A stretch of 64,000 nucleotides of DNA from Eledone cirrhosa (Eukaryota). A model generated the notes under the pieces. That model was not told the DNA's origin, made no database searches, and was given only the letters and a program-made list of their open reading frames with translations. The DNA is taken from contig OZ024749.1 of the NCBI GenBank assembly GCA_964016885.1, forward strand, positions 5,518,001-5,582,000. Direction: 5' to 3'. Shown in pieces: positions 52,469 to 64,000 of the stretch. Each line of letters begins with the position of its first letter. Position 1 is the first letter of the stretch. The translations under genes were made by a program, and so were the position numbers.

Positions 52469-53354
52469 ATAATTGCTTCTACTTTATGCACAAGGCCAGC
52501 AATTATCCAGTGCATTACTGGTACTTTATTTTATCGACCCCGTAAGGGTGAAAGGCAAAGTCAACCTCGGCGGGATTTGAAATCAGATCGTAAAGGGACG
52601 TAACTATGCTGGAAAGCATGGCGTCCGACCCTCTACCGATACTGCCAATCCACCGCCCCCACACAGAAATAATGATTTCTACTATAGGCACAAAGCCAGC
52701 AATTTGGGGCTAAGAGAAAGCCGATTAAAGTGACACAAGTGTATTACTGGTACTTTATTTTATCGACCCCGAAATGACGAAAGGCAACGCTAACCTCGGT
52801 GGGATTTGAACTCAGAACGCGAAGGGCCATAACTCTATGCTGCATAGTGTCTGACGCTCTACCGATTCTGCCAACGTAATTGGCCTGGTGGACGCAGAAA
52901 TAATGTCAATTTTCCACGACGGCTGCTATTAATTGGAGTGTTGTACCTGTCACAATCAATTATAAACCGAATACTGAAAGATCTCTCTTTATTATTTGTG
53001 GATTGGCAGTATCGGTAGAGGGTCGGACGCCATGCTTTCCAGCATAGTTACGTCCCTTTACGATCTGAGTTCAAATCCCGCCGAGGTTGACTTTGCCTTT
53101 CATCCTTACGGGGTCGATAAAATAAAGTACCAGTAATGCACTGAGTAATTGCTGGCCTTGTGCCTAAAGTAGAAACAATTATTTATATAGGGTCGGACGT
53201 CATGCTTTGACGCATAGAATTACGGCCCTTTCCATTCTGAGTTGAAATTCCGCCGAGGTCAACTTTGCCTTTCATCCTTACGGGGTCGATAAAATAAAGT
53301 ACCAATAATGTACAGGGTAATTGCTGGGCTTGTGCCTAAAGTAGAAACACTTAT
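52469..53354. mobile_element. Four family S SINEs: 52469-52659 (-), 52668-52875 (-, long form), 52998-53182 (+), 53190-53354 (+)
   Basis: Consensus matches; nested duplication (gtggacg)cagaaataat. Confidence 0.9.
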
Positions 53355-54279
53355 TTATATTGAAAACAGTGACAACTACTGAGTTGGATGTCACCTAACT
53401 ATATAATCTTTACTTGTTTGTAATGACTTAGCAAAAACATAGCTAAACATTGGAACTGAAATGTTTACAGTGATTTACGAGTGGACAAATTGTGAAGATT
53501 TGCAGGTCTAAAGTAAACACATCAATGTCCAATGTGTTGTAATTGTCCTCATCATCATCGTCATTTTACCTCAGCCACCCACGCTGGCATAGGTTGCACT
53601 GGTTGTCACAGTCTGGGACAGATGGGTCGTTGCGACCCCATTCTTCTCATGCATTCTATATCTTTCATGAATTCTGCGGATCGATGTCTTCCCTACTGCC
53701 AAATTGTTTCACAGAATGTACTGGGTCTGCTTTAACGTGCCCCCAGCAATAACATTTTTTAAAGTTTCTTAACTAGTGAATATATTGTGGAAATTTGCAA
53801 AGTTAGAGTAAAGACTTGAATTCTTAATATGATGCAGTCACACTGCTGTTTTCCATTATTTTAGAATGTATTACATATGTAATAAGATGCCATACAACAC
53901 ATAAAAGTTAAGTTAACTCAAAGGAAATGAAACTTGGTGAATACTGAGATAAATCAGTAGAATCCTTACAAAGGATTTCTTAACAAGATCTGAAAGCATA
54001 AGCTGAAAAAAAAGGACTCGTTCGATAAATGTTAATTAGGAATGGCTTGCTTTGTGGTTAGAACAGTCGCCCTATGACCATTTAAAATTGATACCTCTCA
54101 CAGCCAATTATAAACATGGTCTCTCTTCGTATCTAAATATCCTTTCATTTATATTAATAAAACGCTATGTTGTCAGCAGATGTGTTGAATATGACGGAAT
54201 AAATATTAGATTAAAGCTGTATTAAAGAAAATGAAAGTTGTAGAATGAAGAGATAATTATAATGCTTCAAACCAAAGGT

Positions 54280-54289
54280 GTGTGTGTAT

Positions 54290-54341
<52 letters not shown>

Positions 54342-54428
54342 ATATATATATGTATCTGTATATATATATATATATATTTATTAAAGTTTAAGCAAAGAAT
54401 CGCTGCTTCCACCCTTAACGGGATCTTC

Positions 54429-54459
<31 letters not shown>

Positions 54460-54483
54460 GTATATATATATACATATATATAC

Positions 54484-54514
<31 letters not shown>

Positions 54515-54639
54515 CATATATATACATATATATGTATATATATATATACATATATATACATATATATATATATATACATATATATACATATATATATATA
54601 TATATACATATATATACATATATATATACATATATATAC

Positions 54640-54670
<31 letters not shown>

Positions 54671-54839
54671 CATATATATACATATATATATATATATACA
54701 TATATATACATATATATATATACATTTATATATATATACATATATATATATATATACATATATATATACATATATATAAATATATATATATATACATATA
54801 TATAAATATATATATATATATACATATATATACACACAC

Positions 54840-54870
<31 letters not shown>

Positions 54871-54877
54871 CACACAC

Positions 54878-54911
<34 letters not shown>

Positions 54912-54975
54912 GTGGGTGTCTATATACACTGGTCATAGACACACAGACATATACATACACACTCACATATGTATA
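54280..54975. repeat. (TA/TACA)n microsatellite with family C stub at 54378-54428
   Basis: Direct reading. Confidence 0.9.
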
Positions 54976-56407
54976 TACACAACCCCAGCAGCTCTCTCCC
55001 CCCTCTCTCTCTTCTATTCTCCTTCTCTCTCCCTCTCTATGTTACTCTCTTAATCTACACTCTCACAACCACGATTTCTCTCTCTCTATCCTTCTCTTTC
55101 TCTCTCTATTTCTGAAGGTACCCAGAAAACACCATATCTCGGGAACACGTGCTCCGATTTACACCAAACTTGTTTAATCCCATTTGTATCCCCATTTCAG
55201 GGGCAAATTCCTTACAAAGTACTTTCCCATTATGCGCCCTTTTGGCTGTATTACATTACAGACAAGCATGCAATCACAGAGTTTTAGTAGTATATAGATA
55301 ACAAACTACACATCTCTGGGCCAGGGATGTGCTTCCGCTGCTCAGCTACGGTGACATTACATAACATACTTCACATCTCTGAGGACCCGAGATGTGTTTT
55401 CCTTGCTCAGCTCCGCTGACAGTTATTAACTAACTACTGACTGTTTAGGGTCAGAAGGGTGTTTTCCTTTTCCAGCCAAGGGGACAATGTCTAACAGATG
55501 CTGGCTGGTAAATACCAGATGTATTTACTCACCGCTCAGCCGAAGCAACTTTAACAGACTATTCGATGCTGAAGGCTAGAGATTTGTTTTCACTGAACAT
55601 CTAAGGAGATATTGGCCATCAACCTTCTAGGAACTGAGGGCCTGGTGTCTGTTTTTAGTGTTCAGCTAAAGTGAGACAGAGTACTGAGGTCCAGATTTGT
55701 GTTTTCATAGTGTAGAGAAGACGCCTTTTCATCCAATTTGCAGCATCTACGACTTCAGTTTTTTATGACAATTGTTTAACAGCTTATATTTTAACCAACA
55801 AACTGAGCATTGGCTAAATAACAGTATAGTTACTCCACCCCTGTTACACGAGGCATAGCTCTCTTTGTGGCAAAGACTTGTACCTCATAACAATTCATTT
55901 AAACTTCACACGTTAATTATATACAACATACACTTGAATAAGTGAATGCTCTCTCACTTCATATCTAAATACCTTTTATAGTTGTATTGTCAGCAGCTGG
56001 GTTGACGTTTACGTGGTAGCCATTAGATTAAATTTGTCTGAAAGGAAATTACAGTTGTTGAACGGAGAAATGAATAGGTAGAATCCATACAGGACACTGA
56101 TCGACTTGCATAACTACCTTAGACGAAAAAAAGAGATGTCATCATGAAGAGAAAACATTCGGTTCTGAACACATTGTTACTGTATAGTAAACATGTTAGT
56201 TCAATACCTATGTCTCCAAGTTCAATCTCGCTGCTTGTTTTTACCAGGTCTCCTCTTTCTGCCATATTTTCGCGTTGATAAATGCTTCTGGTGAGAAAGT
56301 TGGTTGACGGAAACTGTATGGAAACTCGTCACATATATATGTGTGTGTGTGTGTGTGGATGTACCCATGTATACCGCCTCGCCATATATATTTATATACA
56401 CACACAT

Positions 56408-56636
56408 ATATAGTGTGGTAGAACACTGGGAGGTTATATCCCTAGTAAGTAGAGCAGTCAGTCCATAGGACTAGTTTGGTATAAAGTTAGTTCCATAACA
56501 TATTACCAAACCATCTTCGAGAACATGTGTTTCACCTAACGGATTCTCAACTACCATCACTCGAGGTGAAAATTTGTTAAGTGAAACACATGTCCTCGAA
56601 GATGGTTTGCTAATATGTTGTGGAACTAACTTATAT
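56408..56636 (-). mobile_element. Hairpin-plus-tail element with HHR 3' half (GAAAcacatGTC)
   Basis: 56480-56535 is inverted to 56581-56635; tail at 56408-56480. Confidence 0.75.
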
Positions 56637-57750
56637 TGAAGTAATAATTTATAGATATTTATATGTAATGGAATAACCTCATTAAGAGGTTTTTTTATCC
56701 TATGCTTTGATTAGAAATTCACTTCATTAGACATCAATAGAGAATTTAAGGTTCTTAAAATATCGCTGGACGTGAGAGAAGAGATTCCCTATGAGTTAAG
56801 AAATGCTTTTACATTGGGAATGAGTTATGTTCCTTTTGTTTACATTGTCTGTAAATTTCTTTGATTAGCTTGAAGATATATAAAATATGGATTAATAAAT
56901 AATGATTAAAAGTTTAATAATACATAGACTATCATTAAAAGGAAACTATATATATCAGAATAATTAAATAAGAAGTAAATATAACCATTCATTAAATGAA
57001 ATAACATTTATGGAGAGTAAATATAACCACAGTTGGATTCTAAGAAATAAATGAAAATTAAAAAATAACAAAGTTTTCACAAAAAGTGAATTTCTAAATT
57101 TTAAATTAATCTAGATAATAAATGAACAAAATATATTATATATATTGATGTGGATACATGCATGTTATTATATTTTAATACATATTTAATAATTATTTAA
57201 TTAGGCTTTAAAGATAAATTATTTTAAAGTTGTAGTATAATATTAATAGAATATCTTAACTTATAATTAAAAAAATTATAATAATCTAGAATGCGCTAAA
57301 TTAAATTAATTTAAACATATAAATGTGTAATTAACTTAAATATTTGATTGCTATAGAAAGTAATCTATAGCTAATAATCTGGATACAATATAAACCCATA
57401 ATTAACTAAAGCGTAATCCAATACAAGCGATATTCACTAATATATGTGAACAAATGTTTGATTTCTAATTTTGTCTCGCATTTGAATACAACGGTTTTTT
57501 ATTCTCCCTTCTATTTTATCCTTTCCTTTTCCTCTTATTCGTTTTTCTTTATTCCCCTTCTTTTTTCTTTTTTCTTTTTTCTCCCTACATCTTCCCTTTC
57601 TTTTGTTTTTATTCCCTTTTTTTCTCTTACACCTTTTTTCTTCTTTTATTTATTTATTTATATATTTATTGGTTTATTCTCGCGTTTTCCTTTTCTTTGC
57701 ATACTCCTTCTATATTTCTACTTTGCTCTACTTCTCTAAGTTTATTATAT

Positions 57751-57935
57751 GGATGGCAGTATCGGTAGAGGATCTGACGCCTTGCTTTGCAGCAAAGAGT
57801 TACGGCCCTTGTCATTCTGAGTTCCAATCCCGTCGAGGTTAACTTTGCCTTTCATCCTTACAGGGTCGATAAAAGAAAGTACAAGTAATACACTGGTATA
57901 ATTGCTGGCCTTGTGCCAAAAGTAGAAACAATTAT
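57751..57935 (+). mobile_element. Family S SINE
   Basis: Consensus match. Confidence 0.9.
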
Positions 57936-58030
57936 TTGTGGTATAAAAACTTTGAGTGTTGGTGAAATAAATCACTGCCACTATTGGAATTGTATAATCA
58001 AAGCCCTAGCGGTATGTCACATATCAAATC

Positions 58031-58099
58031 ATATATTTTGTCTGATGAAACTGTACTTAACCACCAGTGTACCTTTGAAATATGTATAATAAAATATAT
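58031..58099 (+). ncRNA. Type I hammerhead ribozyme motif (family D); tail runs to (TA)n at ~58227
   Basis: 11-bp stem I atatattttgt/ataaaatatat; CTGATGA 58042-58048; imperfect stem II gtac..gtac; GAAA 58077-58080; stem III AtatgtaT; predicted cut after 58088. Confidence 0.72.
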
Positions 58100-58224
58100 A
58101 TGTTGATTGTGAGAATATTTTTCATTTATTAATATTTTGAATAATATAAAATACGCCAGAAAAATCTACTTCTATTGTAAAATTGTATTCGTTGAATAAT
58201 CAACGAACCATATTAATTTTTGGT

Positions 58225-58312
58225 TATATATATATATATATATAATATATATATAAATATATATATATAAATATATATATATAGATATATATATATAAAT
58301 ATATATATATCA

Positions 58313-58360
<48 letters not shown>

Positions 58361-58388
58361 ATATATATATATATATATATATATATAT

Positions 58389-58422
<34 letters not shown>

Positions 58423-58444
58423 ATATATATATATATATATATAT

Positions 58445-58521
<77 letters not shown>

Positions 58522-58668
58522 AATATATATAAATATATATATAAATATAAATATATATATAAATATATATATATATAAATATATATATATATAAATATAT
58601 ATATATATCAATATATATATATATATATATATATATATCAATATATATATATATAAATATATATATAT

Positions 58669-58736
<68 letters not shown>

Positions 58737-58860
58737 ATATATATATAAATATGTATATATATAAATAAATATGTATATATATAAATAAATATGTATATAT
58801 ATAAATATATATAAATATATATAAATATATATATATATTTAAATAAATAAATATATACAA
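58225..58860. repeat. (TA)n microsatellite with TCAA/TAAA interruptions
   Basis: Direct reading. Confidence 0.95.
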
Positions 58861-58920
58861 TTATAACTAACAATTAGTTTTATCGCTCTACTTGGCTGAA
58901 CATTTTGTTTATAATACATA

Positions 58921-59111
58921 ATAATTGTTTATACTTTTGGCACAAGGACAGCAATTATCCAGTGCATTACTGGTACTTTATTCTATCGACCTGTAAGGAT
59001 GAAAGGCAAAGTTAACCCCGGCGGGATTCGAACTGAGTTCATAAAGGGGCGTAACTATATATTGCAAAGCATGGCGTCCGACCCTCTACCGATTCTGCCA
59101 ATCCATCGCCC
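58921..59111 (-). mobile_element. Family S SINE
   Basis: Reverse full-length copy. Confidence 0.9.
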
Positions 59112-59183
59112 TAATAATATATATATATATATAACAACATAATTAACAACACAAAGCCTTGCCTTGTGCCTCTATAAGAATCC

Positions 59184-59304
<121 letters not shown>

Positions 59305-59419
59305 CTTGAGGGCGACCGGCAAAAGTGGAAGATGGAAGATGATGGATGGCGGTCGTCCTCCGGTTTTTGATTTTCAGCCCCATGGATTTTATCTTTTACA
59401 TTCAATTATTATATTTCGA

Positions 59420-59477
59420 ATACCTGATGATATCACCGGATTTATACGGAACCCGATCATTGAAATGATCATAGTAT
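59420..59477 (+). ncRNA. Type I hammerhead ribozyme-like motif
   Basis: atac CTGATGA ...(weak stem II)... GAAA tgatca TA gtat; palindromic stem III ATGATCAT. Confidence 0.6.
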
Positions 59478-59766
59478 AATAAACCTTTCAAGGATTTACA
59501 CAAGTCCAGCCTCCTGTCATTTCATTATAATATTTAACTACGTAATAACACCACCAACTACAAAAACAAAGACGGTTGAATTACTTTACGTTGAGTACTC
59601 TCCATATTATTACATTAAGATTGACCTTACAGAATTGACCAGCTCTATCCAGTGGTGAACCTCAAAACTGAATATATATATAGAGAGAGATTTTGAGTAT
59701 ATGTTGGTTGTATACCAACACTGACCAATGAGAGGAGAGGAGACCCTTTGACACTGAAATTCGTTT

Positions 59767-59966
59767 NNNNNNNNNNNNNNNNNNNNNNNNNNNNNNNNNN
59801 NNNNNNNNNNNNNNNNNNNNNNNNNNNNNNNNNNNNNNNNNNNNNNNNNNNNNNNNNNNNNNNNNNNNNNNNNNNNNNNNNNNNNNNNNNNNNNNNNNNN
59901 NNNNNNNNNNNNNNNNNNNNNNNNNNNNNNNNNNNNNNNNNNNNNNNNNNNNNNNNNNNNNNNNNN
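59767..59966. other. Assembly gap (200 N)
   Basis: Run of N. Confidence 0.99.
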
Positions 59967-61430
59967 CTAAAAACAAAAATGCAATCTATATGAAAGTGAG
60001 GCTGGAAAAGAAAGAAGGAAAGGAAGAAATAAAATAAAAACACACATGCAAACACAGTAACACACACACACAATTATATACATACATATATATATATACA
60101 TACATATACACATATATATGTGTATATAATACATACACATACATACACACATAAATATCAACATATCCATACACACAACATACATATATACAACCACACA
60201 CACATATATACACATATATATATATAGAAATATAAATATATATATACTCTTTACCTGTTTCCGCCATCGGCTGACAATAATATACATACACATACATAGC
60301 CATACACACATACATATACATACATACACACAATCATACGTATACACACACGTACATACATACACATACATAAATGCATACATATGCATGCACAAATTAG
60401 AAAAAATATACACACACCTCTACATATTCACACACGCAAATAAATATAAGAAAAAATATATATAAAATAAAAGAAAATAAAGACTATTATAAAGTTGACA
60501 GCGATAGAGGCAACAAATAAATGAACAAACACACGTGGTAAGCAATACACAATTGAACGTATACATACATACGTAAAAATAAATACATACACACACTCTC
60601 ACACATAAATATACATATACAAATACATAACACATACATACGCATACACAAATACATACACACACACACACACACATATATACACACACATATACATACA
60701 CATATATTTTAATTTTCCGCATCAAATTTTTCATATACTTCGTACGAGCATTTATGTAGTTTGCACTAGAATTTTTGTATCGTAGCGGCACCCTTAGAGA
60801 TAGTATTAGTATTCTTTTTCGGGATTCTGATTTATGATTTCGTATTAGTTTATTTTTTGCACTGTGTGGTTGCTGGCCTTGTGCCTAGGGTAGAAACCTT
60901 TATTTCGTATTGGTCTCGGGACTCTGAATTATTATTTCGTGGTAGTTTCTTTAGTATTTTGGCCCCCCACTTGTTGGCCCGTCACCGTAAGATATACTCG
61001 GTTGATTACTAATACGTCTTAAAAGGGTCTCATTATAATTCCGTCCCACCTAGTAAACCTTTCTTTAGTCTAGCAGTACCAGTGAGAGACTTGATAGCTG
61101 TCCTTAGGTTATAGTAACCAGAAATTGTTTTTTTTATAATTGTTTTTTTAACATTCTCGGTATTTTTCTATATATATACCCCATATTGTTTTACTGATTG
61201 TTCCGACTTCCTCCCCATCCCCTCCCTAGTATACTTACTTGACCTGCTGCCCAGCTGTAGTTGGCACTATCAACGCACGACTGGGTTTCCTCCACCCCCT
61301 TCTCCCTCTTTCTTCTACTGGCAGGTTCAGCTACCCCTTCCCACCACAAATTGCCATGATAGAATCATGTGTCTCAACAACAAACTTTTGACCAATCCTT
61401 GTGACAATCACTTTTACCATATATGGAATT

Positions 61431-61526
61431 ACCCCCTGAGAAGCTCGGCTATTCATATACCAGGATAAACATCTTCATTTAGTCCAGAATTAGCCGTCGA
61501 AACGGCTTGAGGTCAGCCGTCGGGGT
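61431..61526 (+). ncRNA. Family A hammerhead-like motif, all three stems present, core lacking one base
   Basis: acccc CTGA-GA ag.. cggctattc...gaattagccg tc GAAA cggct-tgaggtc-agccG TC ggggt. Confidence 0.65.
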
Positions 61527-61536
61527 CCTACTCGTT

Positions 61537-61571
<35 letters not shown>

Positions 61572-61704
61572 ACTTAGAATATTTAATACTGCCGGCACTA
61601 GTATCGAGCACCTTTGGCATACGCTACTTGGCAAATAATTATATGTATCACCTATCCTCCCTTTTTTTCTCTCTCTCGATACGTAAATACTGTATATATA
61701 TATA

Positions 61705-61739
<35 letters not shown>

Positions 61740-61744
<5 letters not shown>

Positions 61745-62136
61745 AGAACAAAAGATGGTTAAAAGAGTTCCATGTATTTTATTATGCGCATTTCAAAAAC
61801 AAATATCATCATGCAATAATATTTGTGTTTTCATCAGATAAAACAGGAAGACATGCTATGAAGGTTAAAAAACACTTGTGGATAGTGCAGTTTTAAATCA
61901 ACATATCCACAAGTGTTTTTTAACCTTCATATCATGTCTACCTGTTTTATCTGATGAAAACACAAATATTATTGCATGATGATATTTGTTTTTGAAATGC
62001 GCATAATAAAATACATGGAACTCTTTTAACCATCTTTTGTTCTTATATATTATATATACTCCAGTCCTACAAATTGTAGAGTGCTACTTATCCGATATCT
62101 GCATTGCTTTATTGTACTACAATAAAACTCACCTCC

Positions 62137-62140
<4 letters not shown>
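61740..62140 (+). mobile_element. Family B hairpin-plus-tail element (~145-bp arms) with a complete HHR in each arm
   Basis: 61740-61883 is inverted to 61904-62048; tail at 62050-62138; (TA)n flanks. Confidence 0.88.
61944..62012 (+). ncRNA. Intact type I hammerhead ribozyme motif (mirror copy at 61776-61844, minus)
   Basis: gttttat CTGATGA aaacacaaatattat..atgatatttgttttt GAAA tgcgca TA ataaaat; palindromic stem III ATGCGCAT; predicted cut after 62005. Confidence 0.8.
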
Positions 62141-62208
<68 letters not shown>

Positions 62209-62352
62209 AAAGTGAGGTTTTTTTTACAAAATGAAAAATAACCGAGGTGTGTATATATATGTATATATATATATACCCCACTCTCAAAGTGTGAACCTAA
62301 TAAACTACCATTTATACTGCCTCTATGTTTTTTGTTCCTGTCTAATATTTAA

Positions 62353-62409
<57 letters not shown>

Positions 62410-62413
<4 letters not shown>

Positions 62414-63189
62414 GGCTTCTTATATAGGCATAAGCCCAGCAATTTTGTGTAGAGGGGAAAGTCGATTAAATCGACCCCAGTGCGTGACTGGTACTTTATT
62501 TTATCAACTCCGTAAGGATGAAAGGCAAAGTTAACCCCGGCGGGATTTGAACTCAGATCATAAAGGGCCATAACTCTATGCCGTAAAGCATGGTGTCCGA
62601 CGCTCTAACGATTCTGCCAATTTACTGAGTATAATCGGAGTTGCAGCTGCACTATAGCAGATGTCAATCGAATAACAAGAGGCAGTCACGAAACACTCAA
62701 TGAGTAAGGAATTGATAAATTTCTACCCAGAATGACCACAAAAAGTTGAGGATTAGTGACACCAAGAATAAAGTGACCAGAAGCATGATGTCACAATAAT
62801 TGTTTCTACTTTTGGCACAAGGCCAGCAATTATCCCAGTGTATTACTGGTACTTTATTTTATCGACCCCGTAAGGAAGAAAAGCAAAGTTAACCTTGGTG
62901 GGATTTGAATTCAGACTATAAACGGTCGTAACTCATTGCTGCAAAGCATGGCGTCCGAACCTCTACCGATACTGTCAATCCACCACCCGTGATGTCACAA
63001 TAATTGTTTCTACTTTAGGCACAAGGCCAGCAATTACCCAGTGCATTACTGGTACTTTATTTTATCGACCTCCGTAAGGATGAAAGGCAAAGTCAACCTC
63101 GGCGGGATTTGAACTCAGATCGTAAAGGAGCGTAACTATGCTGGAAAGCATGGCGTCCGACCCTCTACCGATACTGCCAATCCACCGCC
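62410..63189 (-). mobile_element. Three family S SINEs: long form 62410-62600; 62796-62988; 63000-63189
   Basis: The last two are separated and flanked by (tgatg)tcacaataat duplications. Confidence 0.9.
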
Positions 63190-63554
63190 TCACAATAATA
63201 CAACATCGATATATACAAACAGGTCGACCACTAACCTGGACCATCATAAACAGCGGTCAAGAGAGGCCACGCACCGTTCCTCTCCGACAGATAACTTAAT
63301 AAGTATACAGATATATTAGACCACTGTCGATTCTGATAACGAATGTTCCAGTTGATTCCATCAATGGAACAGCCTGCAAGTGAAATTAACATGCGAGTGT
63401 CTGAGCATTCCAACCCCCACCCCCTTGACATAGTTGCCAGGGAGAATCTGTGTGACCCATTGCGTGACTGACAAGGCCGGTCCTTTGAAATACATGCACA
63501 ACAAATTTTTGTCAACTGAGTAGCCTGGAGCAATACTAAATAAAACGTTTTAAT

Positions 63555-63870
63555 CAGAGGTTCTCAAAGTGAGTACTACCGCCCCCTGGGGACGTTGAGA
63601 AGGTCCAGGGGGCGATGGGACCTAAGGGAGCGGGGGTGGCAAAGATGATATAATAATCTAAACTATAATAAAGTAAGGAGCACGGGACTGCGTACGGTTT
63701 ATAATTTGTTATCCCATTAGTAAAATAAGTTGGATTACTTTGAATAAATAATGAATGAATATTACATAATTTATCTACTAAATTTCCTGGCTGTTGATTA
63801 AATATATTTTGTTTATTTAAAGATTCACGTCTTTAACATTTCTGAAATGTCAACACTTCCGGTTGGACAT
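63555..63870. mobile_element. Possible hAT/Charlie-like terminus followed by a dispersed repeat paralogous to 9105-9497
   Basis: cagaggttctcaaagtg resembles the Charlie TIR CAGTGGTTCTCAAAGTG; 63660-63868 is the reverse homolog of the 9105-9497 flanks. Confidence 0.5.
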
Positions 63871-64000
63871 CGCTTAAATAAACATACTAATTCTCTGTCT
63901 CTAATTTTCTCCTAATGCAGTTTATATATAATATCGTCTTTTTTAATGTATCATGGATTACGTTACTGACTACATAAGACAGTGTAACACAGTTTTCGTT

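Noticed and set aside
55110-55279. Additional Helitron 5' remnant (minus-strand TCTATATACTAC)
   Set aside because: Only a short terminus-like match with no 3' end; insufficient to call
56880-57450. Very AT-rich tract vaguely resembling mitochondrial rRNA (NUMT)
   Set aside because: No conserved rRNA motif identifiable by eye; needs BLAST against the mitogenome

Overview
Eukaryotic, AT-rich, gene-poor, repeat-dense window. The repeat repertoire resembles an octopus/cephalopod genome; this is recognition from memory, not a database result. Almost all ORFs in the track are microsatellite or low-complexity artefacts. Real content: about 28 copies of a tRNA-derived SINE with a Meta-like core; three or four Helitron remnants; fragments of RTE, Tx1/L1, R4/Dong and CRE non-LTR retrotransposons; a decayed Penelope-like GIY-YIG 3' end; several minisatellites; a 200-N gap; and one plausible 120-nt coding exon of an unidentified + strand gene. 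The most notable hidden structure is a set of at least 8 unrelated small non-coding element families, mostly embedded in or abutting (TA)n tracts. They carry type I hammerhead ribozyme (HHR) motifs and show either 'inverted arm + tail' hairpins or ~500-nt partial tandem monomers, as expected for Penelope-mobilised retrozyme-like elements. All folds and alignments were read by eye; none was computed.
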